Below, in pieces: positions 18,009-29,356 of a DNA stretch of 64,000 nucleotides. Below the pieces are notes generated by a model that saw only the letters and a list, made by a program, of their open reading frames with translations, had not been told where the DNA came from and searched no databases. The translations under genes were made by a program, and so were the position numbers. The stretch covers positions 1,760,001 to 1,824,000 of the forward strand of contig CAVTRN010000002.1 in assembly GCA_963737155.1 (NCBI GenBank). Direction: 5' to 3'. This stretch comes from Nitrospirota bacterium. Its GTDB lineage: Bacteria; Nitrospirota; UBA9217. Within the stretch, counting starts at the first letter, position 1. Every line of letters starts with the position of its first letter.

Positions 18009-19865
18009 ATGGCGATGTCAGGTAGGCTCGGCTCCATGCTCGTGTCGTCGGGCCTGATTTCGGATGACCAGCTCAAAAAAGCTCTCTCTGTCCAAAAGTC
18101 AGAGGGCGGCAGGCTCGGCTCCATTCTAGTTAAACTCGGATTTGTTCCGGAAGACAAGTTAATGACCTTTCTGAGCAAGCAGTATGGAGTGCCCTATGTT
18201 GACCTGAGCAAATTTGAAATAAATTCTGCAGTCATCAAACACATCCCTGCTGAAGTTGCACAGAAGTACCGTATCATGCCGATTAACCGCGCAGGCGCCA
18301 CCATCACCATAGCCATGGTAGATCCCTCGAACATTTTCGCCATCGACGACATCAAATTCATGACCGGATACAACGTTGAAGCCGTCGTGGCCACCGAAGG
18401 CGCGATCGTCGTAGCGATAAAAAAATATTATGGCGGCGCGAAAACTCTCGTGTCCCCTAAGTCGTCCGGCCCCGGCGTATCCACGGCTGTTGCATCGAGG
18501 GAAGAAAATAAACTATCTATCGACGCCAAGGACTATTCGCTCGATGACACAGAGGTAGAAACAGACTCGGTTATAGACGATATAGATGTGGGCGGTGTGG
18601 TGGATGTGGATGATTTTGACAGCCTTGTGAGTGGCGCAGTCGAAGACCTTGAAGTTGTGGAAGAGGAACATCTGGAGCAGCTTTCCGGAGAAGTTGAAGC
18701 GCCGATCGTGAAGCTTGTAAACGGTGTATTGCTGCGTGCCGCAAAAATGGGCGTGAGCGATATCCATATAGAGCCCTACGAAAGGAAATTCCGGATCCGT
18801 TACCGGCTTGACGGTGCCCTCTACACGGTGATGGGGATTCCTTTGAAGATCAAGAACGCCATCATCTCAAGGGTCAAAATCATGTCAAACCTGGACATCG
18901 CCGAGCGGCGGCTTCCCCAAGACGGAAGAATCAAGCTGAAAATGGGGAAGACTAAAACCATGGACTACCGCGTGTCGGTGATTCCCACCCTTTTCGGCGA
19001 GAAAATCGTTCTTCGCCTTCTCGACAAGTCGACCCTTCAACTCGATATGACGAAGCTGGGATTCGATGAAGACCAGCTCGCGGATTTCAAAGAAGCGCTT
19101 GACCGACCATTCGGGATGGTGCTTGTTACGGGTCCGACAGGAAGCGGAAAAACAACCACGCTGTATTCTGCCCTGAGCGAGCTCAACAAGGAAGATGTTA
19201 ACCTGATGACTGCTGAAGACCCGGTCGAATTCAATCTGATGGGAATTAATCAGATACAGATGAAGGATGAAATCGGGCTGAATTTTGCTGCCGCTCTTCG
19301 GTCATTCCTCAGGCAGGACCCGGACATCATAATGGTGGGTGAGATCCGTGATTATGAAACAGCCGAAATCGGTGTGAAGGCGGCGCTTACCGGACATCTC
19401 GTCCTCTCCACAATTCACACGAACGATGCTCCCAGCACCATTAACCGATTGCTGAATATGGGTGTGGAACCGTTCCTGGTATCCTCCTCGGTCATTCTCA
19501 TCCTCGCCCAGAGACTGGTGCGCAAGACCTGTCAGAATTGCAAAAAACAGGAAAAGTTCCCAGCGCAGACATTCATAGAGGCTGGTTTCAGCGAGGAAGA
19601 AGCAAATTCGGTCACCAGTTATAAAGGTGAGGGATGCGAAGTGTGCAATAAGACAGGCTACAAAGGCAGGGTCGCGCTCTATGAGGTTATGCCGATCAAG
19701 GACGAGATCAAGGAATTGATTCTGCAGGGAGCGTCCGTGATGGACATTAAAAAACAGGCGGTCTCCCTCGGCATGAGAACACTGAGGAGAAGCGGACTGC
19801 TGAAAGTGAAGGCGGGATTAACGTCGCTTGAAGAAGTCGTTGAGAACACGTTCCCCGATAATTAG
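18009..19865 (+). CDS. pilB: Type IV pilus assembly ATPase PilB
   Basis: MshEN-like RLG.ML..GLI N-terminus, SDIHIEP, GPTGSGKTTT, LRQDPD, tetracysteine motif. Confidence 0.95.
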   Translation: MAMSGRLGSMLVSSGLISDDQLKKALSVQKSEGGRLGSILVKLGFVPEDKLMTFLSKQYGVPYVDLSKFEINSAVIKHIPAEVAQKYRIMPINRAGATITIAMVDPSNIFAIDDIKFMTGYNVEAVVATEGAIVVAIKKYYGGAKTLVSPKSSGPGVSTAVASREENKLSIDAKDYSLDDTEVETDSVIDDIDVGGVVDVDDFDSLVSGAVEDLEVVEEEHLEQLSGEVEAPIVKLVNGVLLRAAKMGVSDIHIEPYERKFRIRYRLDGALYTVMGIPLKIKNAIISRVKIMSNLDIAERRLPQDGRIKLKMGKTKTMDYRVSVIPTLFGEKIVLRLLDKSTLQLDMTKLGFDEDQLADFKEALDRPFGMVLVTGPTGSGKTTTLYSALSELNKEDVNLMTAEDPVEFNLMGINQIQMKDEIGLNFAAALRSFLRQDPDIIMVGEIRDYETAEIGVKAALTGHLVLSTIHTNDAPSTINRLLNMGVEPFLVSSSVILILAQRLVRKTCQNCKKQEKFPAQTFIEAGFSEEEANSVTSYKGEGCEVCNKTGYKGRVALYEVMPIKDEIKELILQGASVMDIKKQAVSLGMRTLRRSGLLKVKAGLTSLEEVVENTFPDN

Positions 19866-19903
19866 TTGCGTCCCTATTTTTGTTAAGAATGAGGTGTCTT
19901 CCA

Positions 19904-21007
19904 ATGGCGAACCTGCATGACCTCCTGAAATACATGATCGAAAAGGGCGCGTCGGACCTTCATATTACTACGGGAATTGCTCCCGCCATCCGCATTGATG
20001 GAAAAATGAAGTCGATCCCAGGACTTGATGCCATGAGCGCGACGCAGACCAAGGACCTTTGTTACAGCATTCTGACGGACGCCCAGAAAAATAAATTTGA
20101 GGAAAACAGCGAACTCGATCTCTCCTTTGGTGTCAAGAATCTTTCCCGTTTCCGTGCCAATATATTTGTCCAGCGCGGAGCAGTGGCCGCTGCAATCAGA
20201 ACCATCCCCTATAAAATAAAAACGTTTCAGGAACTCGGTCTTCCGGAAGTTGTTTCAGACTTGTGCAAGAAACCGAGGGGACTGATCCTGGTCACCGGAC
20301 CGACCGGCAGCGGCAAGTCCACGACGCTTGCTTCGATGATAGACAAGATCAACAATGAACGGCAGGAACATATTATCACGATCGAGGACCCAATTGAATA
20401 CCTCCATTCGCATAAAAAATGCCTGATCAACCAGCGCGAGGTAAATGCCGATACAAAGTCTTTCAAGGATGCCCTGAAATATATTCTTCGACAAGATCCC
20501 GATGTGGTGCTTGTGGGCGAAATGCGTGATTTGGAAACAATCGAAGCGGCGTTGACCATCGCCGAAACAGGCCATTTGACATTTGCGACGCTGCACACGA
20601 ACTCGTCTGTCCAGACCGTCAACCGTATCATCGACGTTTTCCCGCCGTACCAGCAGTCGCAGGTAAGAGCCCAGCTTTCCTTCGTCCTGGAAGGAGTACT
20701 GTCTCAGCAACTTATCCCGAAAGTAGGCGGGGGCAGGGTCCTTGCCCTGGAAGTCATGATCCCGAATGCCGCTATCCGTAATCTTATTCGGGAGGATAAA
20801 GTCCACCAGCTATATTCCGTCATGCAGACGGGTCAATCCAAATATGGCATGCAAACATTGAATCAAGGTCTCTACGAGTTGTATATCAAGAAAATTATTT
20901 CCTACGAAGACTGCATGGGGCGGTCTTCAAACTCGGAGGAGCTCATGCAGATGCTCGGGCGTTCAGGCCTGTCAGCAACGCATCCTGCTCAAAAAGATTA
21001 CCGATAA
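19904..21007 (+). CDS. pilT: Type IV pilus retraction ATPase PilT
   Basis: ASDLHI, GPTGSGKSTT, EDPIE, AIRNLIRE motif; GAGGTG SD. Confidence 0.95.
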   Translation: MANLHDLLKYMIEKGASDLHITTGIAPAIRIDGKMKSIPGLDAMSATQTKDLCYSILTDAQKNKFEENSELDLSFGVKNLSRFRANIFVQRGAVAAAIRTIPYKIKTFQELGLPEVVSDLCKKPRGLILVTGPTGSGKSTTLASMIDKINNERQEHIITIEDPIEYLHSHKKCLINQREVNADTKSFKDALKYILRQDPDVVLVGEMRDLETIEAALTIAETGHLTFATLHTNSSVQTVNRIIDVFPPYQQSQVRAQLSFVLEGVLSQQLIPKVGGGRVLALEVMIPNAAIRNLIREDKVHQLYSVMQTGQSKYGMQTLNQGLYELYIKKIISYEDCMGRSSNSEELMQMLGRSGLSATHPAQKDYR

Positions 21008-21097
21008 TGCCTCAGTAAAGTTCTTGTTCCGTACGTTTTGTGATCCGGTTGCGGCATGAGAGCGAATAGATTACAGCTTTAATCCACGGGGTGAAAA

Positions 21098-22315
21098 ATG
21101 GCAACAACAATCTTTGTCTGGGAAGGAAAAACGCGGCAGGGGGTGATTCAAAAAGGTGAACTGACCGCTAACAACAAGGAAGAGGTAATCACCCTGCTTC
21201 GCAAGCAGAATATTCTTCCGATTGCGGTAAATACGAAACCAAGGGAAATTAAAATCAAGTTCGGTCAGCCGAAAGTAACTGATAAAGACATTGTTATCCT
21301 TACCCGCCAACTGGCTACGATGATTGACGCCGGCCTTCCCCTCGTGCAATGTCTTGATATTCTCGAAAACCAGACGGAAAGCAAAACGCTGGCGACCGTA
21401 GTTACACAGGTCCGTAGCGATGTCGAGAGCGGCGCAACGTTTGCCGATGCGCTTAAAAAACATCCGAAAATTTTCGATAATCTTTATGTGAACATGGTCG
21501 CCGCGGGCGAAGCCGGCGGTATTCTAGACACTATCCTTCAGAGACTCGCCACGTATATGGAAAAATTCGCCAAAATTAAAAAACAGATTAAATCGGCCAT
21601 GATTTATCCCTCGGTGATCCTCGCCGTCGCGGTTTCCGTGGTGGTACTCCTGATGATCGTCGTTGTTCCCATGCTGGCGAACATGTTCGCAGAAATGGGA
21701 CAGGCGCTGCCCTTGCCGACCCGCATTGTGATTGCAATCAGCAACTTTTTGAAAGGCTGGGGAGGGCTCGGTCTTCTCGTCGGGATTATCAGCGTATTTG
21801 TGGGATTGAACCGATTTAGAAAAACGGAAAAGGGTCTAAGAATGACTGACGGCATCGCGCTGCAAATACCCATAGTGGGCTCTCTGATCCAGCGTGTCTC
21901 GGTGGCGAAATTCACCAGAACGCTGGGGACTTTGATGACCAGCGGCGTTCCGATCCTGGAAGGACTGCTGATTGTTTCACGCACAGCGGGGAACAAGGTC
22001 GTGGAGGAATCCATTATGGATACGCGTCAGAGCGTCAGTGATGGGAAAACCCTCGCCGAACCGTTGTCAAAAGCGAAGGTTTTCCCCGCAATGGTCGTAC
22101 AGATGATATCCGTTGGAGAAGCCACTGGAGCTTTGGACAATATGCTGAACAAGATCGCCGATTTTTACGACGATGAAGTGGATTCCGCGGTGGCGACTCT
22201 GACCTCGATGCTGGAGCCGATACTCATGATTTTTCTTGGTGTCACGGTAGGCTTTGTGATTGTGGCAATGTACATGCCCATATTCCAGATGGGGTCCGTA
22301 GTAGGCGGCAAGTAA
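21098..22315 (+). CDS. pilC: Type IV pilus platform protein PilC
   Basis: TRQLATMIDAGLPL, GEAGG, MIYP, VGEATG, duplicated T2SSF domains. Confidence 0.95.
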   Translation: MATTIFVWEGKTRQGVIQKGELTANNKEEVITLLRKQNILPIAVNTKPREIKIKFGQPKVTDKDIVILTRQLATMIDAGLPLVQCLDILENQTESKTLATVVTQVRSDVESGATFADALKKHPKIFDNLYVNMVAAGEAGGILDTILQRLATYMEKFAKIKKQIKSAMIYPSVILAVAVSVVVLLMIVVVPMLANMFAEMGQALPLPTRIVIAISNFLKGWGGLGLLVGIISVFVGLNRFRKTEKGLRMTDGIALQIPIVGSLIQRVSVAKFTRTLGTLMTSGVPILEGLLIVSRTAGNKVVEESIMDTRQSVSDGKTLAEPLSKAKVFPAMVVQMISVGEATGALDNMLNKIADFYDDEVDSAVATLTSMLEPILMIFLGVTVGFVIVAMYMPIFQMGSVVGGK

Positions 22316-22321
22316 CGGCAC

Positions 22322-24031
22322 GTGAAACAGACGTTTTTAAGAAAAGAATACTCCTCGCGCATATCAAAGCTCATTTGGAGCAGGATGGTTCTCACGACAT
22401 TTCTTGTGGGAACCCTTCTTTTTTTTCAGCGGCAGTATAAAATATTTTCTTTTCATGCCGCCGTATTGTATGATATTTTATTTTTAACATACATACTGAC
22501 AGCTCTTTACCAGTACCTGCTGAGAAAATTAAAAGATCTCTATTTTCTTGCATACCTTCAAGTTTTCGTCGATATACTTCTTATCACATTCCTTGTACAT
22601 CTAACCGGCGGGATCGACAGCGGTTTTTCGATTCTCTATCATCTGTCAATCATTTCAGCCAGCATTATCTTGTATCGTCGGGGTGGATATCTGGCAGCCT
22701 CTCTCTCCAGCATCTTGTATGGATCCATGCTGGATATGCAGTACTATAACGTGCTGCATTTTGTACGAAGCCAAAACTACACTGCCGGCCAGGTGTTTTA
22801 TCAGGTCATCATCAGCATCCTCTCTTTTTATATGGTAGCACTGCTGACCAGTTATCTCTCGGAACGTCTTCGCTCCACACGGCAGGAGCTGCAGGAAAAA
22901 AGTATTGATTTCGAGGACCTCCGGGTCATGCAGGAACATATTTTGAAAAGCGTCGGGAGCGGAATCCTAACTGTGGATTTAAAAGGGAGTATCACTTCAT
23001 GGAATCCTGCGGCGGAGCATATGACCGGGTACAGCTATGAAGAGATTAAAAAGCGCTGGCAGGAAATATTCGGGAATAGCATTAACGAACTCTTTGGCCA
23101 AACTGATTCGCTTAAAGAACGTCCATACCGGTTTAAAAGCCAAATTATAAAAAAAGACAGCTCAACAGCTCTCCTGGGAATGACTGCATCACTACTCAGG
23201 GATGATACAAATTTCGTTCATGGCATAATTCTTACGTTTCAGGATATTACAAAACTGGTTGAGATGGAGGAGCAGATGAGACGTCAGGAGCGGCTGGCAA
23301 CTGTTGGCAGTCTTGCAGCGGGAATAGCTCATGAAATTCGAAATCCCCTCGCATCGGTCAGTGGGTCCATCCAGCTGCTTCAAAAGGACCTGAAGCTCGA
23401 CGGCGACGAGAAACGTCTAATGGATATTGTTGTCACGGAGACTGACCGTCTCAACACGATTATTACCGATTTTCTCGAATATGCCCGGCCGAAAGTGGGA
23501 CATGAGGATCATATTGCATTGGGACCGTTGCTGGATGAAACGATTATGCTGCTTAAAAACAGCAAAAACTTCAACCAGCATGTCAAGATTGCCTGCGAGA
23601 TAGACAGTCATGTCATGATTAAAGGGGATGCTCAGCGTATACGGCAGGTTTTCTGGAATCTGCTCATAAATGCTTGCCAATCCATGCCGGATGGAGGATT
23701 GATAACCATTTCCGCTTCACCTTCGTTTGGAGAGGACGACTCCAAAATGTGTGAAATCGTTCTTACAGATACCGGTCAGGGAATAGCTCATGAGTTTCTG
23801 GAAAAAATATTTGACCCATTTTTTACGACAAAAAACCAGGGAATCGGACTCGGACTTGCTATCGCGAACCGTATTATCTATGACCACAAGGGGACTATTT
23901 CCGTGGAAAGCGAAGAGGGCAAAGGGACACGATTCATAATCAAGCTTCCCCTCGGTCGGGACTCGGACAATGCAAAACAACCCGATAGAAATACAGCATC
24001 CGCTGATACCGGAAAGGGAAGACACTTATGA
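22322..24031 (+). CDS. pilS: Sensor histidine kinase PilS
   Basis: Multi-TM N-terminus, PAS, AHEIRNPL H-box, NLLINA, DTGQG, GLGL; GTG start; position between pilC and an NtrC-type regulator. Confidence 0.85.
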   Translation: MKQTFLRKEYSSRISKLIWSRMVLTTFLVGTLLFFQRQYKIFSFHAAVLYDILFLTYILTALYQYLLRKLKDLYFLAYLQVFVDILLITFLVHLTGGIDSGFSILYHLSIISASIILYRRGGYLAASLSSILYGSMLDMQYYNVLHFVRSQNYTAGQVFYQVIISILSFYMVALLTSYLSERLRSTRQELQEKSIDFEDLRVMQEHILKSVGSGILTVDLKGSITSWNPAAEHMTGYSYEEIKKRWQEIFGNSINELFGQTDSLKERPYRFKSQIIKKDSSTALLGMTASLLRDDTNFVHGIILTFQDITKLVEMEEQMRRQERLATVGSLAAGIAHEIRNPLASVSGSIQLLQKDLKLDGDEKRLMDIVVTETDRLNTIITDFLEYARPKVGHEDHIALGPLLDETIMLLKNSKNFNQHVKIACEIDSHVMIKGDAQRIRQVFWNLLINACQSMPDGGLITISASPSFGEDDSKMCEIVLTDTGQGIAHEFLEKIFDPFFTTKNQGIGLGLAIANRIIYDHKGTISVESEEGKGTRFIIKLPLGRDSDNAKQPDRNTASADTGKGRHL

Positions 24032-25401
24032 GTAAAGTTCTCATCGTTGACGATGAACAGAGTCTAAGGGACTTTCTTGCGATCCTGCTCAAAAAAGAAG
24101 GCCATGACGTCGTCACGGCAAATAACGGCACGGACGCACTGAAAGCCGTACATGCTGAGATATTTGACCTTGTTATCAGCGACATGAAGATGCCGGGGGT
24201 AGACGGCATAGGGGTGCTCAAAACGACAAAGGAAATATCTCCTGAAACCGTTGTCATCATGGTTACCGCGTTTGCGACCGCAGAAACCGCTGTCGAGGCA
24301 ATGAAACTCGGTGCGTCGGATTATATTATCAAACCCTTTAAAGTTGATGAGCTTAAATTGATCATCAACAATTCACTCGAAAAACGTTATCTGCGAAAAG
24401 AGAATATCCTTCTTAAACGCGAAATTGAATCACGCGTAGGTTTTGAAAATTTCATTGGAAAAAGCGGGCCGATGCAGAAAATATTCACACTCATCCGGCA
24501 GGTGTCTCAAGCAAACAGCACCGTCCTGATCACCGGGGAAAGTGGAACCGGCAAGGAACTCGTTGCGAGAGCGATTTATTACAACAGCGCAAGGAAAAAC
24601 GGACCTTTTGTCACCGTCAACTGCGGGGCATTACCCGAAACATTGCTGGAAAGCGAACTGTTTGGGTATATGAAAGGAGCTTTTACCGGAGCATCATCCA
24701 ATAAACAGGGGCTTTTCGAAGCTGCCGACGGTGGAACTATTTTCCTTGACGAGATCAGCGCTACGACGCCCGCGCTGCAGATAAAGCTGCTACGCGTTCT
24801 CCAGGAACGGGAATTTATGCGGGTCGGCGGAACAGCCGGGATAAAGGTAGATGTACATGTCATAGCTGCCAGCAACAGGGATTTGCGTGAGGAAGTTGCC
24901 AAAGGGGCGTTCCGGGAAGACCTTTATTACCGGCTGAATGTGATTCCCATCCATCTTCCGCCGCTTAGGGAACGCAAAGAAGATATACCGCATCTCGTCG
25001 AATATTTCCTGAGGAAAACGATCGGCAAGGGAGCCGACCCATCGGTAGTAAAAAAGATTCATCCTGATGTAATGAAAGCTTTTATGAATTACTCGTGGCC
25101 GGGCAATGTGCGGGAACTAGAAAATATGATTGAACGCCTTGTCATAATTTCTACAGAGGACATAATCCGGTTCGAGCAATTACCGGAAGCATTCACGAAC
25201 AGACAGCCCTGCTTCGATCTCGTCGCACTGGACATTCCCGAAGAGGGAGTTGATCTGGAGGCCATACTTGAAAACGCAGAAAAAACACTGCTCCGGAAAG
25301 CGCTCGAAAGGTCCGAGGGCGTAAAAACAGACGCGGCAAAATTGCTTAAGCTTTCCATCCGGTCGTTAAGACACCGTTTACAGAAGTACGAGGCACTGTG
25401 A
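24028..25401 (+). CDS. pilR: Sigma54-dependent response regulator PilR
   Basis: Receiver domain, GESGTGKE, GAFTGA, WPGNVREL, Fis-type HTH; ATGA overlap with pilS. Confidence 0.9.
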   Translation: MSKVLIVDDEQSLRDFLAILLKKEGHDVVTANNGTDALKAVHAEIFDLVISDMKMPGVDGIGVLKTTKEISPETVVIMVTAFATAETAVEAMKLGASDYIIKPFKVDELKLIINNSLEKRYLRKENILLKREIESRVGFENFIGKSGPMQKIFTLIRQVSQANSTVLITGESGTGKELVARAIYYNSARKNGPFVTVNCGALPETLLESELFGYMKGAFTGASSNKQGLFEAADGGTIFLDEISATTPALQIKLLRVLQEREFMRVGGTAGIKVDVHVIAASNRDLREEVAKGAFREDLYYRLNVIPIHLPPLRERKEDIPHLVEYFLRKTIGKGADPSVVKKIHPDVMKAFMNYSWPGNVRELENMIERLVIISTEDIIRFEQLPEAFTNRQPCFDLVALDIPEEGVDLEAILENAEKTLLRKALERSEGVKTDAAKLLKLSIRSLRHRLQKYEAL

Positions 25402-25432
25402 CGCGTCGGAGTTTTGACGTCCGAGTTTTTGA

Positions 25433-25461
25433 TTGCAAATCCCCCCTGATTCCGCTACAAT
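25433..25461 (+). promoter_or_regulatory. Sigma70-type promoter giving a near-leaderless transcript
   Basis: TTGCAA-N17-TACAAT ending 9 nt before the ATG at 25471; no SD. Confidence 0.55.
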
Positions 25462-25470
25462 TCATACCCT

Positions 25471-26940
25471 ATGGCCTACGATTCATTAAGAGATTTCATC
25501 GCAATTCTTGAAAAAGATGGGCAGCTTGTCCGTGTCAAGGCTGAAGTTGATGCCGATCTGGAGATCGCGGAAATCACCGACCGGGTCTCCAAACAAAAGG
25601 GGACCGACAACAAAGCACTTCTCTTTGAGAACGTGAAAGGATCGTCTTTTCCTGTCCTCACCAATGCATTCGGTTCCATGCAGCGAATGTGCCGGGCCCT
25701 CGAGGTTTCCGACCTTGATGAAATCGGTCAGCGAATCAGGGAGATACTGGATCCGACAAAGCTTTTCCCGGGACCAGGCGCGGGATTGATGGACAAAATT
25801 CAGATGCTGCCTAAGCTTACAGAATTGACCGGATTTTTCCCGAAGACAGTAAAAAAGGCTGCCTGCCAGGACGTCGTACTGACAGGTGAGCAGGTTGACC
25901 TTTCCCGCATTCCCATTCTGAAATGCTGGCCCGCGGACGGAGGCCGATTCATCACCCTTCCTATGGTCTGCACGGTGGACCCTGTTACCAAAATTACGAA
26001 TGTTGGCATGTACCGGATGCAGGTATTCGACCATCAGACGACGGGGATGCACTGGCACAAACACAAGGACGGGGCACGGCATTACCAGCATTATGAAGCC
26101 GTCGGAAGACGCATGGAGGTCGCCGTTGCAATCGGTGCAGACCCGTCTATCATCTATGCCTCAACAGCTCCTCTCCCGCCGGTTATCGGTGAATATCTTT
26201 TTGCCGGGTTTCTGAGAAAGGAACCACTCGAGGTTGTTCAGTGCAAGACGATCGATGTGCGCGTTCCTGCCAGAGCAGAGTTCGTATTCGAGGGTTTCGT
26301 TGATCCGCATGAACGCAGGGTGGAAGGCCCGTTCGGTGACCATACCGGCTACTATTCCGAAGCGGACGAGTATCCCGTGTTCCATATTACGGCAATTACG
26401 CACCGAAAAAATGCCATCTATCCGGCTACCCTTGTAGGCCGCCCGCCGCAGGAAGATGCGTACCTTGGTAAGGCAACAGAGCGGATTTTCCTCCCGCTCC
26501 TTCAAATGGTCGCGCCCGACGTGATTGACATGGACATGCCCGTCGAAGGTGTATTTCACAACAACGTTATTGTGAAGATCAGAAAGCGGTTCCCGGGTCA
26601 CGGCAAAAAAGTCATCAACACAATTTGGGGGACCGGCATGCTAATGTTGTCGAAGTTTGTGGTCGTTTGCGACGAGGATGTCAATATACACGATTATTCA
26701 GAGGTGACTTGGAAGGTTATGAACCATGTAGACCCTCAGCGGGACGTGGTAATCATGGATGGGCCCCTGGATATTCTCGATCACTCTTGCCCCCAAATCG
26801 GTTTTGGCGGCAAGATGGGAATCGATGCTACCCGTAAAGGCCCGGGGGAAGGGTTCAACAGGTCCTGGCCAGATGAAATTAGGATGGATCCTGAGATTCA
26901 GAGGATCGTTGATAAACGCTGGAAGGAGTATGGGTTCTGA
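25471..26940 (+). CDS. mqnL: UbiD-family decarboxylase, menaquinone (futalosine pathway) MqnL type
   Basis: NVGMYRMQV, MHWHKHKDG, EGPFGDHTGYY, GRPPQED, GGKMGIDAT. Confidence 0.85.
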   Translation: MAYDSLRDFIAILEKDGQLVRVKAEVDADLEIAEITDRVSKQKGTDNKALLFENVKGSSFPVLTNAFGSMQRMCRALEVSDLDEIGQRIREILDPTKLFPGPGAGLMDKIQMLPKLTELTGFFPKTVKKAACQDVVLTGEQVDLSRIPILKCWPADGGRFITLPMVCTVDPVTKITNVGMYRMQVFDHQTTGMHWHKHKDGARHYQHYEAVGRRMEVAVAIGADPSIIYASTAPLPPVIGEYLFAGFLRKEPLEVVQCKTIDVRVPARAEFVFEGFVDPHERRVEGPFGDHTGYYSEADEYPVFHITAITHRKNAIYPATLVGRPPQEDAYLGKATERIFLPLLQMVAPDVIDMDMPVEGVFHNNVIVKIRKRFPGHGKKVINTIWGTGMLMLSKFVVVCDEDVNIHDYSEVTWKVMNHVDPQRDVVIMDGPLDILDHSCPQIGFGGKMGIDATRKGPGEGFNRSWPDEIRMDPEIQRIVDKRWKEYGF

Positions 26941-27115
26941 AGCGCTGACTGAAGATTCAAATGCCTGATCCTTCGTTATTGTACCATGCGGAAGTAATTT
27001 TATGCAGCTTTTAAACGAATCAATATGTTGCGGACTTGCATGGGTCATAAATATTATCGGGCGCCGATAATTAATTGAGTTTTTGTGATTCCGTAACGGG
27101 AATTTCCCATCATCT

Positions 27116-28450
27116 ATGCTTCTATTCGACATCCTCGTGATTGCATCATTGATTATCGTGAACGGTTTTTTCGCGGCATCGGAGATTTCCCTCATTTCTC
27201 TCAGGAAAAGCCGGATAAGACACCTCGTAAAGAACGGAAATGCCCTGGCGAGAAGGGTGCAGCGGCTTCAGGAGGAGCCGGAGCGCTTTCTCGCCATCGT
27301 AGAGATCGGCATTACCCTCGTCGGCACTCTTGCGTCCGCGATCGGCGGTATTATCGCCGTAGTTTATCTCAAACCTACGCTGCTCTCTTTCAAGGTTGGT
27401 TTCATACAGAGAGCAGCTGGGCCTCTCTCCGTTGCCATCATCGTCGGCCTGATCACGTATTTCACGATCGTAATTGGAGAACTGGTGCCGAAATCGATTG
27501 GAATCAGGTATTCCGAGCGGATTGCCTTTTTCACTGCGAGCCCGATTGAATTTCTTTCACGGACGCTGTCTTTCATTCTCCGGATACTTGACCTTTCAAA
27601 CAATTGTGTTATGCGTCTGCTTCAGATCGAAAAAGGTCGGGAGTCGAGTTTTATCTCCGAAGACGAGGTGAAGTATCTTATCCGGGAGGGCCGTAAAAGC
27701 GGCGTTTTCGAGCCCTCCGAAGAGGATCTCATCCACAGTGTATTCCGGTTCACTGATACCATTGTAAAAGAAGTCATGGTACCACGGACAGAAATCGTTG
27801 CCATGGAGAGAGGCGCCGATATTGATGCCATTCTCCATATAATGAATGAACAGGGTTTTTCGCGATTGCCCGTATACAACGAAACCATCGACAATATCAT
27901 TGGTGTCGTTTATCTCAAGGATATTCTGGCACTCCACATGGAGAACAGGCCCGTTCAGCTAGCGAGTGTGCTCCGTAAGCCCTATATTGTGCCACCGAAT
28001 AAAAATGTGAGCGTGCTCCTGAAGGAAATGCGTGAAAAACGCATTCATCTTGCCCTCGTTGGCGACGAATATGGCGGAACAGACGGGCTTGTCACGATGG
28101 AAGACCTGATCGAGGAAATTGTAGGTGATATCCGTGACGAGCAGGAAAAAGAACTGCGTGAAATACACGAAATCGCCGCCAATCGCTATGTCATTGATGG
28201 GGGAACAGATATCGGAAAAGTAAACGAAAAACTTGGCGTTAAGTTTCCGGAGGATGAATTTGAGACCTTGGGGGGATTCGTTCTAGGGTTGTTCGGTCGG
28301 TTACCTGCGGAAGGTGATCAGGTCAAGTACGAGAATGTGATGTTTACCGTTCTCCGACTTCGACGTAACCGAATTTCTCGCATTAGGTTGCTGAAATATG
28401 TCCCTGAGAATAATGAGAGAGGTGAAGATGAAAACGCAGCTGGTGCTTGA
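27116..28450 (+). CDS. HlyC/CorC (CNNM-CBS) family transporter
   Basis: [51 protein letters not shown]. Confidence 0.93.
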   Translation: MLLFDILVIASLIIVNGFFAASEISLISLRKSRIRHLVKNGNALARRVQRLQEEPERFLAIVEIGITLVGTLASAIGGIIAVVYLKPTLLSFKVGFIQRAAGPLSVAIIVGLITYFTIVIGELVPKSIGIRYSERIAFFTASPIEFLSRTLSFILRILDLSNNCVMRLLQIEKGRESSFISEDEVKYLIREGRKSGVFEPSEEDLIHSVFRFTDTIVKEVMVPRTEIVAMERGADIDAILHIMNEQGFSRLPVYNETIDNIIGVVYLKDILALHMENRPVQLASVLRKPYIVPPNKNVSVLLKEMREKRIHLALVGDEYGGTDGLVTMEDLIEEIVGDIRDEQEKELREIHEIAANRYVIDGGTDIGKVNEKLGVKFPEDEFETLGGFVLGLFGRLPAEGDQVKYENVMFTVLRLRRNRISRIRLLKYVPENNERGEDENAAGA

Positions 28451-29312
28451 AACGAATCTGGAAGGGTTGAATCCACCCCGGCGGGGGAAAGTGAGAGACA
28501 TTTATGATCTCGGCGAGGAACTGCTTATTATAGCGTCAGACAGGATATCGGCGTTTGATGTCGTGTTGCCGAATGCCGTTCCGGAAAAAGGCAGGGTGCT
28601 GACGCAGATTTCGAAATACTGGTTTGCAAAGACCGAAGCTATTGTGCCGAATCATCTGATTACGACTGACGTCACGCAGTATCCTGCCGAATGCCGTCGA
28701 CATGCGGCAATACTCGAGGGCAGGAGCATGCTTGTAAAAAAATCACACCCCCTTTCCGTTGAATGCATTGTCCGTGGGTATCTGAGCGGATCAGGACTTA
28801 AGGAATACAAGACAACGGGTTCGGTCAGCGGCATTAAACTCCCCGGAGGTCTCATGGAAGCATCCCGCCTGCCGGAGCCGATTTTCACGCCCTCGACAAA
28901 AGCTGAGGTTGGCGAACATGATGAAAATATCGATTTCAAAAAGGTCGCTAACCTCGTTGGGCAGGATGTTGCCGACAAAATAAAGGCCTACGCCCTAGCC
29001 ATCTATAAAAAAGCTTGCGATATTGCTGAACCCAAGGGAATCATCATAGCGGACACGAAGCTTGAGTTCGGCATCCATGACGGCCAAGTCATTCTGATCG
29101 ATGAAGTTCTCACGCCGGATTCGTCAAGATTCTGGCCGCAGAATGGATATCGGGTGGGCGTTGCTCAGAAAAGTTTTGATAAACAATTCGTTAGAGACTA
29201 CCTTCTTTCGATCCCCTGGAACCAGAAACCGCCGGCTCCGGTCCTTCCCAATGAAGTGGTCATGAAAACGAGCGATAAGTATCTTGAAGTGCTCAGGATG
29301 CTGACTGGCTAG
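28428..29312 (+). CDS. purC: SAICAR synthetase
   Basis: [49 protein letters not shown]. Confidence 0.95.
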   Translation: MKTQLVLETNLEGLNPPRRGKVRDIYDLGEELLIIASDRISAFDVVLPNAVPEKGRVLTQISKYWFAKTEAIVPNHLITTDVTQYPAECRRHAAILEGRSMLVKKSHPLSVECIVRGYLSGSGLKEYKTTGSVSGIKLPGGLMEASRLPEPIFTPSTKAEVGEHDENIDFKKVANLVGQDVADKIKAYALAIYKKACDIAEPKGIIIADTKLEFGIHDGQVILIDEVLTPDSSRFWPQNGYRVGVAQKSFDKQFVRDYLLSIPWNQKPPAPVLPNEVVMKTSDKYLEVLRMLTG

Positions 29313-29321
29313 TGTTTGTTC

Positions 29322-29351
29322 TTGACATAACTTGCAGCGAATACGTATAAT
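29322..29351 (+). promoter_or_regulatory. Consensus sigma70 promoter upstream of lysS
   Basis: TTGACA-N18-TATAAT. Confidence 0.75.
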
Positions 29352-29356
29352 CCGCA

